From the human T2T-CHM13v2.0 reference genome, Homo sapiens, in NCBI GenBank assembly GCA_009914755.4, contig CP068257.2, positions 15,552,001 to 15,616,000 on the forward strand: DNA of 64,000 nt, read 5' to 3'. Below, in pieces: positions 51,267-64,000 of the stretch (its first letter is position 1; each line of letters starts with the position of its first letter). The position numbers and the translations under genes are program-made. A model generated the notes under the pieces. The model saw only the letters and a list, made by a program, of their open reading frames with translations, made no database searches and was not told the DNA's origin.

Positions 51267-53345
51267 CCTTTACTTGAAGATGATGCAGAGACTTCTGCCT
51301 TTCAAGATAGCACATCTCCCTCTGAAGATTCATCTCAACCTTTGCTTGGAGCATCTGGTGACTGAAGAAGAGGCCAAATCCATGAATAATCATTATACAA
51401 TGAGTGGGCAACATTATATGGTGATGATTCAACCAGTCCTTCTTCACAGAAACCTATGACCATTTACTCAGGTAATCATAAACTGGAGATAGAGAATACA
51501 CAAAAATTTTAAGGTCACATTGATTATACAGAAACTCAAAATTATTCAGAACTCCATGTCAGAGTGGAGGTAGATGGTAATAAATATATTCATTTGGTCT
51601 AGTTTACAATGGATGCAACAGGGCATGGAACAACCCAGTAAGTCCTTCCTCTATCTTTCACATTCTATTGGAAGAGACATATTTAGTAGTTGTCTGACAT
51701 CTTCCCAACCCCAGGATTTTTGCTTGGCATTTGGAGGCAAGAGATATCACGGGAAAGACAAAGTGGATACTTCTGTCCAGATATGACAATAAGTAGTTAG
51801 GCTGCTGGATAGCCTAAGAAGAAAATGATAACCAGCAGCTCATAGCCCACAGGGGTGAGGGTCAAGATCACCCACTGGATTAGCCACCTAGGCTAGCAAA
51901 GGTGCTAACCAAGAGTGAAGAGAATCTTGAATGGGTAGAAGAGAAATAAGAGAATAAGTATCAGTTGCAGCCTCCAGACAAGCTATTGCAGCATCAGGGC
52001 TATTTTCAACTACATATTTAAATGTAATGGCTTGGATATAGTGTGTTAAAGAAAATATATTATTAATTTTAACTTTTTTGATGTAGTGATTTGAAACTTT
52101 AAAATAATATATGTATCATGGTTGTGGCTTCCATTACATTCTTATTGGACAAGTGTGCCCTATAATATCTACATATAACCAAAATGTCATCTAAAACCTC
52201 TAATAAAAATCCATCAGTTACTAAATACATGTTTTGTAGCTGACAGAGTAAGATCTATTCAGGTGGCCACACTCTGCAGAAGAATAAACTACACAATGCA
52301 AGCTAATGAGAATCTGAAAAAGGAAAACATCCTTTCAGCCAATTCCTTTCTCCCTCTTTAGAGGAATAGCATAAGTACTACCCGTGAAACAGGACAGAAA
52401 GCTGCAGGAATATGATTATTTATAATTTTAAAAGATCATGAGACTCTGTCTTAGATGCTTTATCTGAACTCAAAACCTATATCCATATCACCACATCACA
52501 CAACTATATCTGCAGCAGTTGAATCTGTTCAGATTGTAGAGGGTCCTGCAGAGCTGCATGCATGGAGAAAATGCATCCTAAAAGTGAGAGCTCACAGTAA
52601 GATATGATCATTACATTTTAGAAACAAAGTTTAAAATAAAGCAGTGACCACAATATTCAGTCATCCACCATAAAATTATGTGCAGTAATCTCCATTTCTG
52701 GATATGGATTGCTAAATAGCAATATATAAACAAACAATATCAAAGTGCCTTTTTGGCTAACTGCCACTCTGCCACTTCTGAACTGAAGCCAATTATGACA
52801 TCACTCGAGCTTCTTGTCCTTTGCTGACCTTCCTACTCATGTTGCCAAAATGTATTAAATTTCTCCTCTACGATTTGTCTTATTCCCTTTGTCTTTGTTT
52901 CTTTAAATAATGACTTGACATCACTTGACCTCAACCTACAATTTTGGCTGGTAATATCACTGAGCAATTCACTTACATAAATGGCTTTGCATAATCATCC
53001 ATTGTGTCACAGAAAAATAATCGTGCAAGAAAAGGTTGAATTTGTATAATGTAGAACTGAAGAAAATTATTTTAATATTCCAAAAATCATACATCCATTT
53101 AGCAGGTAAGATGGAATATTCTATCAAGCTGTAAAAATCCAGTTTCCATGGTACTATAATTAATAAAATGTATAGTTAGTAAACCCATCTATGCATACTG
53201 TTTATTTTAGTATTGTTCAAGTGAAAGTCACTCTGTCCATTAAATCAAAAATAAAAGTGATCCAGTGAAATTGCTTGGTCAATGTGCTTGTAGTTTTTCA
53301 ATTCAGAAATATACCCTAGTTTTATAAAGGATTGAAATAAGGCAT

Positions 53346-53450
53346 ACTGATCTTACATGCATTAGTCCAAGATGAGAAGTCCTTTCCCTGCGAAGGGACC
53401 TTAGGCATCTGCCAAGTTCTGGTGATCTATTACATGTAACAATGTTTTCT
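53346..53450 (+). repeat. left arm of a ~105 bp inverted repeat (partner at 54288-54393)
   Basis: actgatcttacatgcattagtccaagatgagaagtcctttccctgcgaagggaccttaggcatctgccaagttctggtgatctattacatgtaacaatgttttctc is about 88% identical to the reverse complement of 54288-54393. Confidence 0.85.
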
Positions 53451-54287
53451 CTGCATTAGCTAAGGTCTTCAAGCATAATCGAAATCCTAGATATATTTGC
53501 ATATCCACATATGCTAAGGAAAATAACTGTTTATCAATTTGATAAAAAATGAATCTCTTTGGCATGTTAAAAGTTTTTTCTGAAAAAAATAGAGCCCAGC
53601 TAATAAAAAATATTTTCTGATAGAATAATTATGTAATAAAATGTGTGCTAGTCTGTATTATGATGTTGACCCATAACATAGTTAGAGCTCAATCAACTAT
53701 ACTTGCAAAATAGTAGCACTTGTTTGTACTTCGTAGTTTACAAGTTCTTTTCACATGTAACATTCAGAATCTTGTAAAATCTTGTGACTTAGGAAGGACA
53801 CATACATATTATTAGTCTGGTTTAGAGCTGAGAAAACAAAGGCCCAAGGACATGCTGTCAGAAAGGATCAAAGCCAGAACTTGAATTCAAGGTTTCTGAA
53901 TCTGAATTTCAAATCCTTTCTATTATATATAACTGGAAAAGAGTATCTGGATTCTTTACCTAATAGTACCTGAAATGTGAGTATACATATTGAATAACTA
54001 TGATAGGGCTATTGGGACTCACCAGTCTCAGTGACCAAATTGTGGCAGAAAAAAATAACATAATGAATGATTGGTTTCTTTTTTTCAGTGATTTGCTTTT
54101 GCAGTCATTGATGATTCTTAAGTGCCAGTCTTCCTGTGCACTATAACACAGGCTGACAGGTACTGCCTCCCCTCAGAGCTCCTAATCTAAAGGAAGAAAT
54201 ACAGTACATATCTGTGCATCCAGAACATGGAGAGGTGCTGTAGCAGAGTGTCAAAAAAGAATAAGCCACATAGAGAAGAGAAATCCT

Positions 54288-54393
54288 GAGAAAATATTGT
54301 GGTATATAATAGATCACCAGAACTTGGCAGATGCCTGGGGTCCCTTCCCAGCGAAAGAACTTGTCATCTTAGACTAATGCATATAAGATCAGT
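54288..54393 (-). repeat. right arm of the ~105 bp inverted repeat; the spacer between arms is ~840 bp
   Basis: gagaaaatattgtggtatataatagatcaccagaacttggcagatgcctggggtcccttcccagcgaaagaacttgtcatcttagactaatgcatataagatcagt. Confidence 0.85.
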
Positions 54394-54789
54394 GGATCTT
54401 GTCTTCATCCTTTGTAAAACTAATGTGTAGATTTCTAAGACAATTTCTAGCTTCACATTATTATTATCCTATACTCTCATACACCATTGGAGGAGTATCA
54501 ATTAGTAAAATCTTTTTGGAGAACAACTTGCAAAATCAAAAAAACATGTACACATTGACTCTGCAATTTCACTGGATCCACTTATTTCCACCTCTACTAT
54601 TAGGGCTGGTCAAAGTCACAATCATGTCTTATCTGGACTACAATGGTAGCCTTCTTACACTGGTCCTCCTGCTTCCACTTCAGTGCCACTACAGTATCTT
54701 CTTTCTACAGTGATGGGAGAAATCATCCTAAAAGGCAAATCAGATGGTACTACTTCCCTACTTAAAAATCTCCTCATGATTTACGATAA

Positions 54790-55100
54790 CACTTGAAAGA
54801 AAATTCAAATTTCTTCTCTGACTTACAAAGCCCCCAGAAGTCTGTCTTTGTTTCTAATCTCAATCATTCTACTCTCTTGCATGCACCACACATTGACTAC
54901 CCTGGCCTTCTTTCTGTTTCTACATTTGGGCTTTGCACAAGCTGTCCCATCTGCCTCAAATACCCTTCTGTGCTTATCCCTTCAAATTTCAACTTAAATG
55001 TCACCTCTTCAAACGGGCTGTACCTGACAACCCAATCTAAAGGTGACTACCTAACCAATCTGCAGCATATCACTGTTTTAATTCTCTGCACGGCATTATC
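54790..55100 (+). mobile_element. possible L2/MIR-related LINE 3'-end fragment, old and diverged
   Basis: ...ccttcaaatttcaacttaaatgtcacctcttcaaacgggctgtacctgacaacccaatctaaaggtgac... resembles the conserved L2 3' segment ctcaaatgtcacctcctcagagaggccttccctgaccaccctatctaaaa. This would explain the 104 and 105 aa ORFs at 54399-55110 as non-coding. Confidence 0.4.
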
Positions 55101-55258
55101 CACAATGTGATACTTTCCTTATTTATTTATTTATACAATTAATTTTTCATGCATCTATTTTTGAATATATGTATGCATGTTCATACATATTTTCTATTTA
55201 TTTGTTTATTTTTTCCTTCCCTCTATGCACTCCAGAGAATTTAAGTTTATAAGAACAG

Positions 55259-55436
<178 letters not shown>

Positions 55437-56291
55437 CTGTTCCATTCACGAGTGTATCCCCAGATCCAATAACAATGCCTGACTCATAATTGGCACTTAA
55501 TCACTGAATTTTTAATTCTAATAATGTAACCTGTGGGCATTTTTCCATGCACTATGGTTCCAAGTATGCACAAAGAGTAAATTTCCAGCTTCCTTAACTC
55601 ATGCATTAAGTGCCTACTAGTTGTGATGCCTGAAGAACTGGGAATAAAATCGGTGTGGGATGAATATCAGATGACCTAGAAGAAAATTTGAATTCACATT
55701 GAAAAGTGTGAAATTAAAAAAAAAAGAAAAACACCTAATATAAAACAAAATTGAAATGTTATATAGGGTTCATTCTGGGCATCCAACATTCATCTAATGG
55801 AATAATAGAAGAAGGAACAGAGAAGACAAAATGAAAGAAAAACATCAAAAAAAAAAAAAAAAAAACACAGAAAAATTCTTTGAAAGCTAAGGAAAAACAA
55901 GTCTCCAAAATGAAAAGTGCCTATTAAGTCCTAAGCAGGCAGAATTAAGCTAAGAAAAAAAAAAGTACATGTATTTTCATGAAGGCTCAGATAAATAGGA
56001 GATTGTAAACATACCTACACACTCTTCCTAAAAATTACTTGAGGATCCACTCTAGCAAAATAAATAAGAAAATATCAAAAAGTAAAAGACAAGTGGTCCA
56101 AAAAATTCTAGAACAACACGGGAGCTCAGTAAAAAGGAGACCCAATATTATGGCTATGAAATAGACTTGAAACCAACGGATACCAATTAGAAAAGCAAAT
56201 AGGAGAACTCCAGAAAAAAATGTCTTTAGGACAAAGAATGAAACAGAAATCATAACAGATTATATGTCAAGAATCTAAAAGATCTTAATTA

Positions 56292-56615
<324 letters not shown>

Positions 56616-57872
56616 TACAAGTAATTCATGGTTCAAATATAAAATAAACTAAAATTAAGCATCATTTTGAGAAAATGATAGAAAGACAATCCATTTAATC
56701 TTGATATTTGAAACAATCTATATAAAGGAGGATTATTTCAATGACTTAGAATTATATTTATTAGCTGTAAATCCAATTACACTACCTGATTTTATAGTAA
56801 ATAACACTTACATTTTCAAAGTATTGCAAAACTCTTTGCTTTCAGTATTCAGAATCAGTGTACAAAGTGCCTAAAATGATTATATTTGCACAATAAAATG
56901 TAAACTTTATACTTTGAGAGTGAAGATGTAGTTGACAGGAGTTTAGAAGTGGAGACTTGTGAGAAGCATGCCAAAAAGTATCAATTTTCTCTTTCTAAAT
57001 GAAAAAAAGAACTAAAAATTTACATTTTGTATCTCGAGTTATAAATGCTACCAATAGAAAAACAAACATAATATATAATAGGTAAATTAAAGATTCTGAT
57101 TCCTGTTTGATCCAGAATCAAACAGGAATGATTTTCCTCTGAAAGTTGCCTTCAGTCATACTCTGAGGTTTCTCTTTCCTTCCATTACTAATATCTGAGC
57201 ACATCCTTTGGCTCTCTGGTCACTTTCACTTACAGAAACAAACGTAATTTTGTAATAAAAGACTTATGTTGAAAAGGTATACTTTTGTCTAAATCAGAAT
57301 TTCAAATTTGTATCCAATTCAAACATCTCCCTTTATCTCAAGCCCCTTCTTTAGCAAGCTCTGAGCCTTGGGTCAAAGGAGAAGCTTTCATTCAACATCC
57401 TGTTACAAATGTAATCAACAAAACTTGGGGGAGGAATGGGGAAGTATAAATTAGATAAATTTACCATCTTTTATACCATGAAATCAATTACTACTCTTAT
57501 AAAGTTAACATATCAAGAAATAGAGGTATAAGTACACTGCTGAAAATTATGATAGTAACCACTACAACACCTAAAAACAGAAATAAGTAGTTACCCTATA
57601 GAGTGGGACTGTGAACAGGTGATTTTTTCCTTCCATTTAATAATACCTTGTAGCCTATGACCATAGTTATGCTGAACATATATGACATTCATATGAATAA
57701 ACAAGTGATGAAAGAAATAATAAAGCACAATGTTAGAAGAAGGGAGTAGTTAAGATTGTCAGACCATCAAATTTCTTTGATGAGTCAAAGTAAAATAAGA
57801 ATTGAAAATAATCATGGGATTTAGCAACATGAAGGTCATTGTTCACATTAACTAAGAAAATTTTACTGGAGT

Positions 57873-58185
57873 GGCCAGGCGCAGTGGCTCACACCTATAA
57901 TCTCAGCACTTTGGGAGACCTGGGCAGGTGGATCCCTTGAGCTCAGGAGTTCGAGACCAACCTGGGCAACATGACAAAACCCCATCTCTATAAAACAAAC
58001 AAACAAACAAAAAATCAGCCAGGTATTGTGGCATGCACCCATAGTCTCATCTACTCGGGGAGCTGAGGTGGGAGGATCACTTGATCCACCGGGTGGTTGA
58101 GGTTGCAGTGAGCCGAGATAGCACCACTGCACTCCAGCCTGGACGATAGAGTGAGACTTTGTCTCAAAAACAAGAAAATAAAAGA
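57873..58185 (+). mobile_element. Alu (AluS-like) with a 16 bp target-site duplication
   Basis: ggccaggcgcagtggctcacacctataatctcagcactttgggagacctgggcaggtggatcccttgagctcaggagttcgagaccaacctgggcaacatgacaaaaccccatctc...cactgcactccagcctggacgatagagtgagactttgtctcaaaaacaag. The target-site duplication is agaaaattttactgga at 57855-57870 and 58184-58199. Confidence 0.95.
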
Positions 58186-61100
58186 AAATTTTACTGGAAT
58201 AATTGGTGTAGGTGAAGTAGGCTGAGAATGAGTAAGCAGTGAGAAATACAAGACAACAAATACTAACTCTCTCAAGATATTTGGCTTCAAGGAGGAGAAT
58301 AGAAATAGGGCTATAGTTTGAAAGTGGAGTACATACTACTTGCAGTCTTTGACATTTTTATTTTAAGATAAGAGATACTTAAACACATTTAAATGTACAT
58401 GGAAATGATTGAGTAGAGGAATCCTGGTTTAGTGACTGGGGAAAGAGAAGGTAAGCTAATAAGTTTCCTGAGAAGGATAGCAGGAATATAATCAGAAGCA
58501 AGAGATGGAAGACTGGACCTTAGCTAGAAAGAAGAATAGTACTATCTTGTACAAGAGAACTGAAGACAAAATGAAGGTAGATACATCCGTCTATGAGTAC
58601 ATGAATAGATTTGGTGACAAAAAGTTGAGAAGACTCACCCAGTGGTTTTTATATACTCTGTGAAGAATGTAACAAAGTTACATGCAGAAGTTTGAGGAGA
58701 GTAGAAAAGTTGTGAAATATTTTTTGCACAGAATGGGAGAGGGTTGACCAGTAAAGTGTAGCAGGCTCACTGGTCAATATTAAGGTCCAAGTAAGGAACT
58801 AATGAATGGAAGTTGAAAGCAATATGCTGAGTTCATTATTTTCTCTATGAGTGCTCGTTTGCTTATGCACATTCTTAGAGAAACCAGGTATTTCAGGTGA
58901 TGAAGGGCTGGTACTTTGCCAGAGAGAAGTGATGAAAGACAGAAGGGCAAGGCAATTTTGCCTATTTTTAGAGAGGTATTGAAACTGGCGTAGATATGTA
59001 ATTTATGAAAAGCAATATAACATTCTATTTTTCTCTAACTGAACTTGATTTTACTTTCAATCACCATTTATCCCTGAGGTGGAAAATTTTTATTCAAAAC
59101 AAATTACTAATGCATGGAATCTAAGCCAGATAGGAAGCAAAGTGAAGACAGTAAAGGGATAACAACAAGGGAGATGACACAAGAGAGACTAAGCCTAATT
59201 CTCACCTATGGATGATTATGGGTCTATGAATGTTCTGCCAGCCTGGTTCAGAATTGGCTCCATAACTGGATAATGCTGGATCTGAAGGTGCTGGACTCCC
59301 AAACTCCAAATAATCCATACTAGGGAAAACAGGGGCTGACAATAAGAAACTGCCAGAAGCATAAGCTGACTAGAATATTAATAAGTCCATATCTTGGCAA
59401 TTATAATACCCAAAGGCCTTTCTATCCACTTTTGCCCATTTCAGTTTTGTCATGTGATTTTCATTTAGACGGAGAATAAAGATATGTGGTCATTATGCTA
59501 GTTTCACTGGATGCTTTAAAACTAATGCCACTTTCAATTCTTGTTTCTAAGACAAGTGAAATTATCTCTGGCTGCATAAGCAAGGTGGTATTTAGTAGTC
59601 TAAATCTCTCTCCTGTATTTAAAATTGGTCTCTGTCTCTAACATTAGTTATACAACTCTCTACCCTTTGCATTTTAGGTGAATCACAGCCACAAAAGCTT
59701 ACTCAGCTGGGGTGTTTCCTAATCCTATCAACTCAAGTCAGAGTCATCTTTTTCCACCTACATACACTTAGCTTTCAAATCTAAAATCCAAAGAAACATT
59801 TAAATTATTAAAGTCAATCTTGTGAGACAGGATTTGTCACAATATAGGACAAATAATTTAAAGGAATTCCACTTTAAATTTGAACTTACGTTGACTAGTC
59901 AAGGCTCTTTTCCAAATCAAATCAGTAAAATAGTATTTGCTATGTTTTAGCATTTTGTTTTAATGATCATGTTTGGGCATTGTTTTTATGTTTTATTATT
60001 TTTACTACTCCCATAATATGGATTTATAATGTAACAACTATCTATTTTATATCTGCTATGCTTGAAATACTGTGTTATGTGCCCCAAGCTTAAAAAGTAG
60101 AAAGTCACAATTTTTGCTTTGTAAGTTCTAAATCCTTTGATGTGGATACACAAGTACACAAGTATACCTTACAATAGCACTTGAATTAAGTGTGGAAGGA
60201 GTCTTGAGACTGTGAACTAAAGCCGAGACAGGCAGAACTTAAAAGATGGAAAGGAAGAAGAGATATCTAATTAGGCAGAGATGAAGGACTCCAACAAAAC
60301 CCCATATTTCTCAGGCTGAGTCAATGGAAGAAAAGTGTTATATCTGGCAGAAATTGGATATTTAGGAATAATGAGTTGTTTTGTGGAGGAAGGTGATAAA
60401 TCTGTTTTGAGAAATTTTTAGTTTAAAGAAACTGTGGAACATGCAAATAATGATGTCTAGCAGGCAGTTGGAAATGGGTAGCCAGAGCTTTGGAGCGGAG
60501 CTGTAGATCTCGGAGTTATTTGCATGAAGCAATAAAAGCTGCTACAATCTTAATGGTGAGAATTGGATAAAAACAAATTGTGCATGGGGTGGGGTGGTGG
60601 TATGAGGATAGAAATCTGGAGCATTTGGGGAAGAAGAAAAAAACGCAACAAAAGGAGACAGTAAGGGACATAAATATGAAACTAGTTGTCAGAGATACCC
60701 AAAGAGCCAAGATAATATAAAAAAAAAAATCAGAAGAGAAAAAATTTTCATTAAGAACAGTGTGATCAACTCTGTCAAATGCCACAGAGATTTTGGAAAT
60801 AAATCATTTCCTAAATCACTCAGTATTGTCAATCTTGGGAATATAGCGTATGTTACTCTTAATGAGAGCTACCAATATTAATTACTTTTCAAATTAATAA
60901 TTATATTTTAATTCTCTCTTCAAGTTTAAGAAAGAAACATACACATAAAAATGTATCTGGATTTGTCTGAGTTGAGCTTCTCCTTTAGTAGGCAGGGATT
61001 TGCAGGTGTCCCCAGAGGTGATGACTCCCTTCATCATTGTAATTACACACCCTTTTCTTACCATCATTTCCAAGTACATGTCACTGGTCTCGGAGCAGGA

Positions 61101-61196
61101 AGGCTCCTTCTCCCAATTCAGTGTCTGTCAGAAGTCTTCCCTGTTCATCAGATTTAGTCACTCAATGCCGCCTAACAGTTGGAGAAAACATTGAGA

Positions 61197-61226
61197 GCCA
61201 GACTTAGCCAGACTTAGCCAGACTTG
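61197..61226. repeat. three tandem copies of a 10-mer (GCCAGACTTA)
   Basis: gccagacttagccagacttagccagacttg. Confidence 0.8.
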
Positions 61227-62926
61227 TGGGCCACAGCTGCTAAGGTTCTGAAAAGCATTGCACTGAAAATTAAAACCCACTAACTGAAAAAGAAAATAAA
61301 AATTCACAGAAATTAGTTTCTAAAGATCATGGCACTTGGTTGAGGAGATATTTAGAGAATCGACCCTTAAAATAACACCACGTAAACAAGTTCTAATTTA
61401 ACATATCCCAAGAGTGACATTGTACTTGAACAAGTTTGACTAAGATTATTCTGTGAATTTTTTAAAGCCATACCACAATGCTATTATTCCAATGCTAGAA
61501 TCATCTTTCTAAAGAGGACCTCAAAGATTTGGCAGGTAGGGGAGTAGCCTCATGTAGTCTTTTCTCTGCATTTCAAAGATTCTTCTGTTCTAGATTGATG
61601 AGGAGATTCCTGATGCCAATATTTTCTAGTAGTCTACTTTCACTGATAGAAGCAGCCAAAGAGAAATCTTAGTGTCCTGCACACAGCTGGTTAACTTACA
61701 TTTGCCTTTATAGATGCATTGTATTTTTTGTCTTTGAAAGTGCTTGATCATCTTTTCCTTTTTCAAATGCTATTTTCTTTTTTCTAGAATATGAAAATAG
61801 ATGCAATTTAAGTTGGGAAAAGTCAAAGGTGACATTAAAAAATATTTCACAACTAGGTAAGTAACTGGGGCATGGGAAAGAAGGCAGTTAGAAAGGTGGG
61901 AAGGCTCTTGGGGAGGCTCAAAAGATGGCCATTTAATAACAGAGAGAGTTCAGTCGTCTTTTAACAAATAGTATGTTCTTATGGGTTCCTACTCTTTGGA
62001 TTACCACCCTGAGCAAACTTTTTCTTTATATGATTCCCTTAAATCTAAACTCTGATTTGTGAAAACCCAAGAGAAGCCTTCCACATGATTTCACTGCTTG
62101 CCAGGTTAAACCTGCAAAAGATGGTGTATCCATATTTCATGACTTGGCTCTGGCCAGTTAGAAAAAAGACAAGCATATGGTATTACTTTCCATGACTGAT
62201 GACTTTGCTCTGCTGACACCTTTCCTTCCCACACTGTTTACCCTACTAATGTAGCCACACAAAAGAAGTCAGCCTAAAAACGTCCTCAGAAGCTCTCAAG
62301 TTAGATAACTCAGAAGTTTCTTGTGAACATAAGTTGAAGGTATAAAGATACAGAGTCATAGTGTTGGTCTGGAAAGAAAGAACAACCTATTTTTAGTCAT
62401 GGTTAGCACGAACCTATGTCTTGGATCTTACCATTTCAAATAGCTTGTGCCATTTTTTAAAATCATGTTCACCACTTTTTGGTTGAGTCATTGTAGTCTG
62501 TAATTAGAGAGCCTATAACAAGTTTTATATAAAATTTAAAAGTACTTACTAAAAAAATAAAAGAGTCAAATATAAGAATAAATACATGGTGAGGGATAGG
62601 GAAGTGTGGTATCTACAGGAGTCAGATACTTCCTTTGTGCTTCCTAAATTAATCAGGAAAGATTAATTGAAATAAAGGGCTTGGAAACCTTCTTTCAGCT
62701 AAAAAAAAAAAAAAAAAAAAGTCTTTCAAGTAGACCAGGAGAGAGAATGTATATTTTTCCTGAGATAAGTTGGTTAGGAAAAGGTCAACCTATGTCCTCT
62801 TTGTGGCCATCTTCAGAACAGTTAGATACCGAAGAGCCCAGAGAGTGCTGTAAATTGAAAATACAATTTTAATGCATTCTCATCGAAGTTGTTTCTCTTC
62901 ACCTGCTGTCTGCATGTTCTGCCTAA

Positions 62927-63239
<313 letters not shown>

Positions 63240-64000
63240 ATACTGTCTAGTGTTTTTAAAATGCAAATGTGATCACTTTTTATTAATGTGACCTAGACAT
63301 ATGTTTCATTGTTCAAGAAAAGCACTCTCCCCTTGATTTCTAAAACCAGAAAATATAAAGCTGAGAGTGATTATTTCATTCATGCAACAAATATATTTGT
63401 GTATCTATTACAGGTTCAGCCTTGTATTCATTCCATTCTTCATTTCCCACATGCGAAATCTAAAACTCAGAGATTTGAAATCTCTTAACTGAGTTCACAA
63501 ATCAGGACAAATTTTTCTTAGAATACAGAAATAGTTTGAGCCTATGAAAACTAAGTCTGTTTAAATCCAGGTAGTAACACAGTTGGTTTCCTTCTTCTGA
63601 GCCTTTCAGGAAATATTAATGTAGAAAAAAATCTGCTGTTACAGACATGCAAGGTGTATCTTGCCGCATGAGAATTACTTAATGGGTACAATGCACATTA
63701 TTTGGGTGGTGGCTACCCTAAAGCCTTGACTTGACCACCATGCAATCTAGGCATGCAACAAAATTTTACCTGTACCCCATACACTTATATAAATTAAAAA
63801 AAAAAAAACTTTACAAAGGTCAGGTCATCCAAGAATCAACAGCATTTAGATAGATGTTTTAGGTCCCTGTAGCTCAAAGTATGGCCCTGAGATTATCAGC
63901 ACCTGGGAACTTATTAGAAATGCAGAATCTTAGGCCCCATCCAGAGTTCCTCAATTATTTCTGCATTTTAACAATATCCTCCAGGTGATTTGTATATGCA

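Noticed and set aside
54399-55110. Two adjacent ORFs of ~105 aa on the + strand in non-L1/Alu sequence
   Set aside because: They have no protein similarity. The 3' part resembles the conserved L2/MIR LINE 3' end (..ctcaaatgtcacctc..ctgaccaccctatctaaa), so they are most likely ancient LINE debris.

Overview
This window reads as human (catarrhine primate) nuclear DNA, not a prokaryotic or phage locus. It is AT-rich and strongly CpG-depleted. I found no CpG island, no convincing spliced exon, and no tRNA, rRNA or other structured RNA gene. All calls below rest on reading the sequence against remembered repeat and protein consensus sequences; nothing was computed or searched. Roughly half the window is recognisable interspersed repeat. 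There are at least 13 L1 segments, including a full-length but decayed ~5.7 kb L1 at 19678-25395 and a 5'-truncated ~5.3 kb L1PA-type copy at 43035-48370. There are nine Alu elements, four of them with intact target-site duplications. There are several ERVL-MaLR LTRs (MLT1, MST and THE1 types), including a complete LTR-internal-LTR THE1 element at 48974-51266. I also called a MER53-like palindromic DNA transposon, an L2-like 3' fragment, and many microsatellites. The one gene-derived feature is a decayed, intronless retrocopy of the NEK4 serine/threonine kinase mRNA on the minus strand at about 12975-14780. Its translation is collinear with NEK4 from kinase subdomain VII through the C-terminus. 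It carries stops, frameshifts and an internal deletion. Every six-frame ORF of 100 aa or more is either a transposon ORF remnant, sits in the GC-richer THE1 internal region, or lies sense or antisense to the NEK4 retrocopy. The most unexplained structures are a ~105 bp inverted-repeat pair 840 bp apart (53346-54393), a 116 bp direct duplication straddling an L1 5' end (27171 and 27725), and a (GGAA)n array facing a pyrimidine mirror tract. I found no evidence for a novel biological system; this is ordinary gene-poor, repeat-rich human DNA.
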